Positions 8,039 through 16,114 are shown, counted from the stretch's first letter. The stretch is 25,567 bases of DNA from Elusimicrobiota bacterium (GCA_043811535.1 JBDRNC010000024.1:1-25567), one strand, 5' to 3'. The notes: a model not told the origin generated them from the letters alone. Numbers and translations are program-made.

Positions 8039-8096
8039 GGATATCGCTGTCAGAGTTCAGACCCGAAGTGCCCACCCGTAAAGGGGTGATTTGGTT
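8039..8096 (+). repeat. Junction J6: 15-bp copy of the PorV 3' end ending CAGAG, followed by degenerate hairpin H2''
   Basis: GGATATCGCTGTCAG equals 7769-7783. Then AG-TTCAGACCCGAAGTGCCCACCCGTAAAGGGGTGATTTGG, similar to CAGAG-TATACCCCAAGACATCCCCCTAAAGGGGGTGGACTTGG at 1092-1134. Confidence 0.55.
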
Positions 8097-8150
8097 CAAT
8101 TTCCTGTTAAAACGAAGTAGTTTGTGTAAAATATTAGAAAAGGTAAATCA

Positions 8151-10244
8151 ATGGAATTACTAGCTCCAGCAGGGTCAAAAGAATCATTTATAGCTGCTGT
8201 GCGCGCAGGCGCAGACGCTGTATATATAGGTATGCCGGACTTTAACGCGCGCATTTCAGCATCCCCAATTAATCATTACGATTTACGCGTGCTTACAAAT
8301 TACGCGCACGAGAAAAACGTAAAAGTATTTCTCGCGCTTAATACCTTAATAAAACACGAAGAGATTCACGAAGTTGTAAAAAACATAACTCTTGCTGATT
8401 CATACAAGCCGGACGCGCTTATTGTGCAGGACCTGGGCATAGCGAGCATAGCAGCAAAATATTTTCCGCACATTCCTCTTCACGCGAGCACGCAGCTTGC
8501 AGTGCATAACAGCGCGGGCGTTCAGGCAGCTGCGAGCGCGGGTTTTAAGCGCGTAATTCTCGCAAGAGAACTTTCATTCTCAGAATTAAAATTAATAGTA
8601 AAAGGCGCGCCTGTCGAAACGGAAATATTCTGCCACGGCGCATTGTGTTTTTCTTTGTCAGGCATGTGCCTGTTTTCAAGCTTTATCGGCGGTCTTAGCG
8701 GAAACCGCGGAAGGTGCACGCAGCCCTGCCGCAGATTATGGAAAAACAAAATAAACGCAGGATACCTTTTTTCGCCGCGCGACCTTTCTTTAGCGGAGTA
8801 TGTGGATAAAATTAGAAATACTGGAATTGCATCTTTAAAAATAGAAGGCAGAATGCGCAGCAGCGAATATGTTTACAGGGCGGTAAAGGCGTTTCGCGGG
8901 CTCATTGACGCGCCTGAAAATGATTACAAACACGCGCTTTCAACGGCAATGGAAGTATTGTCGCAGGATATGGCAAGGGAAAAAACGACATGCTTGTTTT
9001 CGGGACGAGACAGCGAAATATTCCAGCCTAAAAAAGCGCAGTGCCTCGGCCAATTGATAGGAGAGGTGGAGTCTGTTACAGGCACTCACATATCAATAAA
9101 ATTAAACAGCGATTCATCTGCAATAACGCGCGATGACCGCGTGCGTGTATCTAATCCGGCTACGGATTTTACAAAAGCCTTTAAAATAAAGGAGTTTTTC
9201 GAAGAAAACGGCATTTATACTGTTCCTTTTAGCCAGGCAAGCGAATTTGCAGGCGGCAACCCGGTATTTAAAACAGTTGATACTGCTTCAGAACAGAAGA
9301 ACATTGAACAGGAAATAGATTCTGTTTACGATGCTTTTAAAAAGAGCCACCCGCACAGGGCCCGCGATATACAGGTCTTGCAGGAATATACGTCTCTGAT
9401 ATCAAACGCATGGAAGGAAAGCCGCGGCAAAATTAATAATGACGCAGGCGCTGAAAACTTGTGGATTAAATTTGATGATATTGGCTGGGAAAGCATGCTG
9501 CCTGCAGCCGGAAAAGGCGTAAAGCATGTGTTTTCTGTTTCAAAGGAAAATATGCGGGCAGCCCGTTCTATTTCTTCAAAGGCGGGCGAAAATCTTTATT
9601 TTGAACTTCCGCCTTTTATCGGGCAAAGAGATGTGCCTGAATTTATGAAATTCGTTAATGAGGCCTCGGCTTCCGGCATAAAAACATGGGTGCTTAATAA
9701 TATTTCGCACCTTGAGTTTTTTAATAATTCCGGATGCGCGCTTATCGCAGGCGGGTTTTTATACACATGGAACGCGTATACTGCTCAGTTCCTCTTAGCA
9801 AAAGGTGTGTCGCGCTTTGTTGTGTCATCCGAAGATGATTTCCTGAATATTCGTAAAATGAGCGGGCCCGGTCTTGGCTCTCATCTGGCAGTATATCTTT
9901 ACGGCCATCCTGCTGTGGTGAGGTCACGGATTGTTACGCGCGGCAATCTGGATGATGGGATAATTTCGGAGAATTCCATGCCAAAGGCCGCAAGCGAAGC
10001 AAAAATATCATCATCCTATTTTCCGGTATTTGAATCGGACACAACTGTGCTTATACCGGAAAAGCCGGTAAGCGTCTTTACTTTCCGCAAAAAATTCAGA
10101 GATTGCGGGATAAAGAATTTCGGCATGGACCTGTCATATTTAAAACCTGATAGGGCTTTATGGAGCGTACTTATTGACGCTTACCAGAAAGAGGAAAATA
10201 TTGTGGGCTCTCTGAAGTTTAATTTCAAACGAGGAGTGAAATAG
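8151..10244 (+). CDS. Peptidase U32-family protein (RlhA/TrhP-like Fe-S RNA hydroxylase family)
   Basis: MELLAPAGS start, GADAVY, HASTQ, ILARELS, Fe-S motif GALCFSLSGMC..NRGRCTQPCR, LKIEGR. The ~700 aa length fits the RlhA-like class. Confidence 0.9.
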   Translation: MELLAPAGSKESFIAAVRAGADAVYIGMPDFNARISASPINHYDLRVLTNYAHEKNVKVFLALNTLIKHEEIHEVVKNITLADSYKPDALIVQDLGIASIAAKYFPHIPLHASTQLAVHNSAGVQAAASAGFKRVILARELSFSELKLIVKGAPVETEIFCHGALCFSLSGMCLFSSFIGGLSGNRGRCTQPCRRLWKNKINAGYLFSPRDLSLAEYVDKIRNTGIASLKIEGRMRSSEYVYRAVKAFRGLIDAPENDYKHALSTAMEVLSQDMAREKTTCLFSGRDSEIFQPKKAQCLGQLIGEVESVTGTHISIKLNSDSSAITRDDRVRVSNPATDFTKAFKIKEFFEENGIYTVPFSQASEFAGGNPVFKTVDTASEQKNIEQEIDSVYDAFKKSHPHRARDIQVLQEYTSLISNAWKESRGKINNDAGAENLWIKFDDIGWESMLPAAGKGVKHVFSVSKENMRAARSISSKAGENLYFELPPFIGQRDVPEFMKFVNEASASGIKTWVLNNISHLEFFNNSGCALIAGGFLYTWNAYTAQFLLAKGVSRFVVSSEDDFLNIRKMSGPGLGSHLAVYLYGHPAVVRSRIVTRGNLDDGIISENSMPKAASEAKISSSYFPVFESDTTVLIPEKPVSVFTFRKKFRDCGIKNFGMDLSYLKPDRALWSVLIDAYQKEENIVGSLKFNFKRGVK

Positions 10245-10283
10245 CGGCAGACGGGAGTAGCCGGTAGTAACGTCAGATTTTGA

Positions 10284-10332
10284 ACGGCAACTTGGGAGCT
10301 AAGCATAGGATATCGCTTCAGCGAAGTTTTGA
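10284..10332 (+). pseudogene. Degenerate copy of a PorV-family gene 3' end
   Basis: 39/50 nt identical to 7745-7794 (GNLGAKHRISL vs GELGNTQRISL) with a 1-nt deletion. Weaker similarity continues about 25 nt past the stop. Confidence 0.75.
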
Positions 10333-10422
10333 AAACTATATTCCCTGCAAAATCAGAGTTGTTTATGTCGTTATTGGCCAATCCCCTGTGATTCCCTTCA
10401 AAAATCAATACACGGGGGCAGG

Positions 10423-10438
10423 CATCGTTCAGCAGGGG
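10423..10438 (+). repeat. Junction J7: right half of the 32-bp arm
   Basis: CATCGTTCAGCAGGGG is 16/16 identical to 835-850. It is preceded by a palindrome (10383-10423) ending GGGCAGGC, as does the J5 insert. Confidence 0.7.
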
Positions 10439-10520
10439 ATATTGTTTCATTTGAAACTTGATAAGTTATTCGTCTTAAATATTTGAAAAAAGCAGCAAAT
10501 AAATGCTATAAATAGCCCGT

Positions 10521-11381
10521 ATGATAAATATCACTGACTACCAAAAAACCATACCTAAACCCGCTGCGTTGGCAATAGGGATATGTATTGTCGCATTTTT
10601 CGGCCTTGCGGACTATCTTACCGGTTCCGAACTGTCTTTTTCCATTTTTTATCTTATACCGATTTCATTAGTTACCATATTAGCAGGTTTGTTTTATGGA
10701 ATTATTATTGCTGTCATAAGCGCGGCGGCCTGGCTTACGGCCGACTTATTGCCGGGCGCAAATTATACGCATGCTCTGATTCCGTATTGGAATGCCGTTG
10801 TGAGATTAGGCTATTTTATTCTGCACGCGTATCTTCTCTCAAAACTAATCGAAATACTCTCGAAGGCTCAAGATCTTTCTTTAAGAGATTCTCTGACAGG
10901 AGCGCCGAATTGGAGGTATTTAAAAGAAATATCCTCAAATAAACTTCAGGAAGCGCACAGGGAAAGGAGACCGATAACTGTCGGTTATATTGACCTTGAT
11001 AATTTCAAGGGGGTTAATGACACAATGGGGCATGACGTGGGCGATGACCTGCTGAGAGTTATTGCCGAAATTATACAGACCGGGATACGTCCTAATGACG
11101 CGATGGCAAGGGTTGGCGGGGATGAATTCGTGATACTTCTTACCGAGATAGATTATGATAATGCGAATAAGACCCTTGTGAGGATTAAGGACCATATTTC
11201 AAAAGAAATGGATGATAACGGATGGCCGGTGACAATAAGCATCGGCGCGATAACCTATAGAGTAATTCCTTCATCTATCGATAATATGATTAAAAAGGCG
11301 GATGAATTGATGTATTCCGTGAAGAGAGAAGGAAAAAACAGCATTAAACATACTCATTGGCCGGCGCAAACAGGCGACTGA
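10521..11381 (+). CDS. Membrane-bound diguanylate cyclase (GGDEF)
   Basis: N-terminal TM helices, DSLTG, IDLDNFKGVNDTMGHDVGD, RPND I-site, intact GGDEF. Confidence 0.95.
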   Translation: MINITDYQKTIPKPAALAIGICIVAFFGLADYLTGSELSFSIFYLIPISLVTILAGLFYGIIIAVISAAAWLTADLLPGANYTHALIPYWNAVVRLGYFILHAYLLSKLIEILSKAQDLSLRDSLTGAPNWRYLKEISSNKLQEAHRERRPITVGYIDLDNFKGVNDTMGHDVGDDLLRVIAEIIQTGIRPNDAMARVGGDEFVILLTEIDYDNANKTLVRIKDHISKEMDDNGWPVTISIGAITYRVIPSSIDNMIKKADELMYSVKREGKNSIKHTHWPAQTGD

Positions 11382-11396
11382 TACTTCATAAGGGAC

Positions 11397-11443
11397 TATT
11401 AAGGGGACGGTTCTATTTAATAAATAGAACCGTCCCCTTAATA
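11397..11443. repeat. REP-like inverted repeat, copy 2
   Basis: 23-bp perfect arms TATTAAGGGGACGGTTCTATTTA around a single central base. Confidence 0.9.
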
Positions 11444-11480
11444 TCCGGGATATTTCAATTGCCTTGCGCGGGATAATCTT

Positions 11481-14400
11481 ATGTCAAAGATACATCAAAG
11501 CATTTCATGGCTGATTATACCGGTTATATTAATGCTGGGTTATACGTGTGCCTACTCAATATCTGTATCAAGCATAACGGTTTCAAGCGAGCAGGACGGC
11601 AATCCCGAATACGCGGCGGAGCATGCGGTGGACGGGGACATGGGCACGCGATGGGCAAGCGACCACGCGGACAACCAGTGGATGAGGCTGGATGTCGGCG
11701 CGCTTGAATCGTTTGACCGGATAAAGATATTCTGGGAGGCCGGATATACCAAGGAATATGAGATAAGCGTGTCCACCGATGACAGCAACTGGACAGCGGT
11801 ATACGGCGAAAACAATGGCGACGGCGGCGAAGATGAAATATCGTTGACGGATCAAAAGGCGCGTTATATCAGGATCAACATGATAAAGCGCGGTACGATA
11901 TGGGGGAACTCCATTTATGAAGTTCAGATAAGCAGCAATTCGACGGCTGACGCAGTTGCCACCGCGTCGGATTCGGAAAGCGCCGAGTTCGCGCCGGCAA
12001 AAGCAATCGACGGAGACATGAAGACGCGCTGGGCAAGCCTGCCGCAGGACAGCAGCTGGCTTCAAATCGATTTTGCCAAGCAGATAAAAATTGACGGAAT
12101 AAAACTGTTTTGGGAGCTTGCGTACACTAAGAAATACGACATAAGGGTGTCGACCAACGGCGTAGACTGGAAAACAATATTCTCGGAAAACAACGGCGAC
12201 GGGGACCAGGATACCATCGCGTTTAGCACCGAGACCGCGAGATATATCAGGATAGTTACAATAGAAAGGGGGACGGCGTGGGGCAACTCGCTGTACGAAT
12301 TTATCGCTACGTATGACGGGGAGCCGGTGATAGACAGGGATTATGAACTGTTCGTAGACGTTAACCAGGGATTTTACGGAAGCAAAGCGGCAAAGACAGC
12401 TGTTGTCAGGTACGGGAAGAAGGCTGAAAACGGAACCTATGAAATTACCGATACTCATAATAACATTGTTTTATCGGGCAATTTGACGTACTGGGGAAAA
12501 CGGTGGGAAATGCATTTCTGGACGATAGATTTTTCGGGGCTGGAAACAGAGGGCGAATATACCGTAAAAGCGGAATTCGGCGGGAAAAGCGGTGAGTCAG
12601 AGATATGCGTCAGCGACGCGAAGATTACAGGCGCTATCGAGAAAACAATGTTTTATTTCTATACTCAGAGATGCGGCATGGAGATACCCGGGTGGCATAA
12701 GTGCTGTCATCTCGACGACGCAAAACGGCCCGACGGGTCGCATATCAACGGCGTCGGTGGATGGCATGACTGCGCCGGGTTTGACAAGGAGATGTACACT
12801 AATTACCTGCCGGTATACGTGTACACGACTATTGCCTTTGAATCTGATTTGCCTTGGAAGGTCAGGATGCTGGAAGAGGCAAAATGGGGCGCTGACTGGG
12901 TTATAAACATGACCGAGGAATCGGGTTACGTCTGGTGTCATGTCGACCCGAATTTTCCTCCTGATTTTGCGGCGACCTGGCAGAACGGCACGGATACCGA
13001 TAATATACCGGGTACCGAAGATGACAGGAAACTCAAGCAAAACGACTGGCATCCTCCGGAGGAAGGCCCTCAGGCATCCAACATGGGGGCCCTGCTGAAA
13101 CTGGCGTATCTGATAAAAAATGAAGATACATGGTATTCGGATAAATGCATAGACGCGGCCAAGAAGATAAGGGCTTACCTGAAAGGCAAGAACGCGGACA
13201 ATTCGCCCAACCTCATTGTCCAAACAGGACTGCTTCTCGGGGATATTTACCTGTATAAACTCGAAAATAACACAGAGTACCTGACAGACGCCAGGAAACG
13301 CATTGACCATATTATTGATGATTGCCAGGTGGCTGAAGGGGAATTTATCTACGCGAGCACCAGCACTACCACGATGTCGGAAGAAACTATTGAGCCGTAT
13401 TTCAATCTGCTGGTGCTCTATGAATTTGTCAAGAATTTTCCGAATGATTCCTATTGCGCGAAGGTCAAGAACTCCTATAAGTCATTTATGGACAATCAGC
13501 TGATGAAAAGAGTAAACAAAACACCGTACGGGCAGGCGCAGGTGCTGGATAAGGCCATTACGGATTACTCTCAGTATGAATCATACCAGAGGGATTTTGA
13601 AGTCCCTACGGTAACGTACAGCCAGGGCAAGAATCCTTACTGGCTTTCAATGGCCATAGCGTGTTTTAACGCCAACAAATTGTTTGATACGGACGAGTAT
13701 ACTGCCATTGCCGTAAACCAGATAGACTGGGTGCTTGGCAAAAATCCGCTCGGGCTTTCCACCGTGGCGGATATAGGGTATAATTTCCCGAAGATGTTCA
13801 CGATGTGGATTTGGCTTACGGACCATCCGGGATCTGAAGGGGTAATACCGGGGGGTGTTATCAACGGCATAGGGGGAGATAAAAACGACATGCCGTACAT
13901 GGATATGTCCACCGGAAATGTCCTGACATGGGAAACCAACGAATACTGGAACCCGCCGACGGCATGGTTCGCTATGGCCGCCTGGGAGTATTACGCCTTG
14001 CTGCATCCTGCGGCCTCTGATACGGATCAGGACACCAGTGACGACGTCAGCATCACAACAAACCTGGATGACAGCGTCAACACGACAATAACGCTCACGC
14101 TTGCCAGAGGCGATGTTGTCGTAGACGTTCCGGCAGGCGCGTTCGGGCGGAACGTAACGCTGACAATATCGACGGCAACGGTGCCGGCCTCAGGCAATCG
14201 CACCATAAAAGTCACCGATATAGGGATTGAGATAATCAAGGACACGGTTTACCAGCCGGTCAAGAAAATAACGATAACCGTATATTACCGCGACAGCGAT
14301 ATCACGGGTCTGGACGAAAGCAAACTGGCGCTTGCCCGATATGACGCCGTCTATAAATGCTGGATGCCGATAACTTCGGTTGTATATCCGGACCAGAACA

Positions 14401-14729
14401 AGGTCGTAGGGACCACCGACCATTTATCGAAGTTCGCGGTTGTCCAGCTTACGTCAGCGACTGACCTGGCGGCTGTAAAGGTTTACCCGAATCCGTTTAA
14501 TCCCGCCAACGGCGCGTTAGTGATCGACGGCCTTACTGAAAATGCCGATATCAGAATATTCACTATAACGGGGGAACTTGTCAGGGAGGTTTCGTACACC
14601 AGCGCAAACGGCCGAACTTCATGGGACGGCAGGAACGACAGCGGCAACACAGTCGGCAGCGGCATATACCTGGCGCATGTAAAAAATAATTCCGGAGAAA
14701 AGACCGTTAAGATTGCGGTAGTAAAGTAA
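11481..14729 (+). CDS. Secreted 2xF5/8-type C (CBM32) + Ig + GH9-like glycoside hydrolase with FlgD-Ig/T9SS-like C-terminal domain
   Basis: Signal peptide. Two A(V/I)DGDMxTRWAS..W..ARYIRI..WGNS+YE domains. VNQGFY Ig start, YFYTQRCG, GGWHD, EEAKWGADW, DWVLGKNP, TNEYW. C-terminal VYPNPFNP..WDGRNDSG. Confidence 0.85.
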   Translation: MSKIHQSISWLIIPVILMLGYTCAYSISVSSITVSSEQDGNPEYAAEHAVDGDMGTRWASDHADNQWMRLDVGALESFDRIKIFWEAGYTKEYEISVSTDDSNWTAVYGENNGDGGEDEISLTDQKARYIRINMIKRGTIWGNSIYEVQISSNSTADAVATASDSESAEFAPAKAIDGDMKTRWASLPQDSSWLQIDFAKQIKIDGIKLFWELAYTKKYDIRVSTNGVDWKTIFSENNGDGDQDTIAFSTETARYIRIVTIERGTAWGNSLYEFIATYDGEPVIDRDYELFVDVNQGFYGSKAAKTAVVRYGKKAENGTYEITDTHNNIVLSGNLTYWGKRWEMHFWTIDFSGLETEGEYTVKAEFGGKSGESEICVSDAKITGAIEKTMFYFYTQRCGMEIPGWHKCCHLDDAKRPDGSHINGVGGWHDCAGFDKEMYTNYLPVYVYTTIAFESDLPWKVRMLEEAKWGADWVINMTEESGYVWCHVDPNFPPDFAATWQNGTDTDNIPGTEDDRKLKQNDWHPPEEGPQASNMGALLKLAYLIKNEDTWYSDKCIDAAKKIRAYLKGKNADNSPNLIVQTGLLLGDIYLYKLENNTEYLTDARKRIDHIIDDCQVAEGEFIYASTSTTTMSEETIEPYFNLLVLYEFVKNFPNDSYCAKVKNSYKSFMDNQLMKRVNKTPYGQAQVLDKAITDYSQYESYQRDFEVPTVTYSQGKNPYWLSMAIACFNANKLFDTDEYTAIAVNQIDWVLGKNPLGLSTVADIGYNFPKMFTMWIWLTDHPGSEGVIPGGVINGIGGDKNDMPYMDMSTGNVLTWETNEYWNPPTAWFAMAAWEYYALLHPAASDTDQDTSDDVSITTNLDDSVNTTITLTLARGDVVVDVPAGAFGRNVTLTISTATVPASGNRTIKVTDIGIEIIKDTVYQPVKKITITVYYRDSDITGLDESKLALARYDAVYKCWMPITSVVYPDQNKVVGTTDHLSKFAVVQLTSATDLAAVKVYPNPFNPANGALVIDGLTENADIRIFTITGELVREVSYTSANGRTSWDGRNDSGNTVGSGIYLAHVKNNSGEKTVKIAVVK

Positions 14730-14766
14730 ATTGATGGGAGAATATTATGAGTATTAAAGGGATAAT

Positions 14767-15135
14767 ATGATAGATAAAAAGAAAATCAGGCAGGATTACA
14801 AGAATACCGTTAACGATAAGGGAGTATTCGCCATAAAGAACACAATAAACGGGAAAGTGTATTTGGGCGGCACCTTGAACCTTTATAATATTCTTGAACG
14901 GAATAAATTCCGACTGAATACGGGGAGCCATCAGAATGAACGGCTGCAGAAAGACTGGAAGTCCTATGGCGAGGGAGCTTTCACTTTTGAAATACTGGAA
15001 AAGCTAAAGTTAAAGGACGACATCGCCTGCGATTACGAAGAAGACTTGAAGATACTTGAGATGATATGGGTTGAAAAATACCAGCCTATAGCGGAAAAGC
15101 TTTATAACGAGAACGAAAATATCAGGACAATATAG
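14767..15135 (+). CDS. Small GIY-YIG nuclease-superfamily protein
   Basis: GVFAIKNTINGKVYLG, R..F.L..G.H.N..LQKDW..YG...F.FEILE. Confidence 0.85.
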   Translation: MIDKKKIRQDYKNTVNDKGVFAIKNTINGKVYLGGTLNLYNILERNKFRLNTGSHQNERLQKDWKSYGEGAFTFEILEKLKLKDDIACDYEEDLKILEMIWVEKYQPIAEKLYNENENIRTI

Positions 15136-15439
15136 CGTCGCGACTAGCTGCTGAACTGAGATTGTCAGTAAACCCCGACAATCTCTGATTACACTGATTC
15201 TTAAATGATTGCACAGATTAAGATCCGCAGGTGTTTCTGTGTAATCAACACTGTTTAGGACTTTTTCAATGGTCTTAAACTGTAAACATGAGGAGGTGAT
15301 ATAACCGAACTGATAAAGCCATACCGCGCCGACCATAACTGTCAGACATACGGGCTGACGATTCTTTAACTCACCGGCAGACATGAGATTGTCTCACGAA
15401 AGGGCTGCCTGTAAACGAAATACGAAAAGGAGAAATGCC

Positions 15440-15979
15440 ATGACAGATCTAAACAGAATCAAATCCCCCGTAGAAACCAGCCTGCTTGTCGCATTCACCG
15501 ACCTTACCGGATTCCATAAATACATGGTTAAACAAACCGACAAAAGCATATTTTCTACGATGTCATCCTATTTTGAATTCGCGGGTGATATTGTTGAAAA
15601 AGCGGGAGGAAAGGTCGTTAAATTCATAGGCGACGCTATCCTCATAGTTTTTCCGGAAGAGCGCCTGAACGAAGGCGTAATCGCCCTGAAAAACCTGAAA
15701 GACCTGGGCAACAAATGGATGGAAAGCCGCGGAATTCCTTCGCGGCACAGGATCAGCGCGCATTTCGGCCCCGTAGTCTGCGGGCTTATCGGCACGAAAA
15801 CGGATAAACGGTTTGACATTTACGGGATTACTGTGAACACCGCGGCGCTGTTGAAATCGAGCGGAATGGCGGTCACTCCGCAGGTATTCAGGAAGCTAAA
15901 ACCCGAAACGCGCAAGCTTCTAAAGAAACACACGCCGCCGGTCACGTACATACCGGTAGAAGAAAGCCATAATAATTGA
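15440..15979 (+). CDS. Stand-alone class III adenylate/guanylate cyclase-domain protein
   Basis: Start 15440 after AAGGAG. Motifs FTDLTGF, VKFIGDA, HFGPV, FDIYGITVNTAA. Confidence 0.85.
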   Translation: MTDLNRIKSPVETSLLVAFTDLTGFHKYMVKQTDKSIFSTMSSYFEFAGDIVEKAGGKVVKFIGDAILIVFPEERLNEGVIALKNLKDLGNKWMESRGIPSRHRISAHFGPVVCGLIGTKTDKRFDIYGITVNTAALLKSSGMAVTPQVFRKLKPETRKLLKKHTPPVTYIPVEESHNN

Positions 15980-16043
15980 ATATGATTGTTGAAATAGTAT
16001 ATTCTTCAGGAATCCCAAAACGGGGTTCTTCCGGAGTATTGTT

Positions 16044-16072
16044 TTGTATATTCAGGGGAAATGTTATATAAT
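16044..16072 (+). promoter_or_regulatory. Putative sigma70 promoter of the small protein
   Basis: TTGTAT-17 bp-TATAAT. Confidence 0.6.
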
Positions 16073-16114
16073 ACAGAACAGAGCAGAGCAGTATAAATTA
16101 AGGAGGAGCACACC

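Noticed and set aside
822..10438. Classical integron attC array or CRISPR array
   Set aside because: The repeats lack attC R/L box palindromes and no IntI is present. Spacing is irregular (0.2-5 kb) and there are no cas genes.
10280..10486. 68-aa ORF
   Set aside because: It is a composite of the PorV-end remnant, a palindrome and J7, with no SD.
11583..13310. Long antisense ORFs (291 aa and 237 aa) and other shadow ORFs
   Set aside because: They lie opposite well-supported genes, carry no motifs, and are explained by codon bias.
15148..15156. CTGCTGAAC, reverse complement of part of the 32-bp arm
   Set aside because: Only 9 nt with no flanking similarity, so a chance match is plausible.
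15291..15369. Perfect SD AGGAGGTGAT followed by a 22-codon frame
   Set aside because: There is no canonical start codon at a usable distance (ATA directly abuts the SD).
14767..15979. Pycsar/CBASS-like defence system (cyclase + nuclease)
   Set aside because: The genes are about 300 nt apart with intervening hairpins, and no cyclic-nucleotide-binding effector is present.
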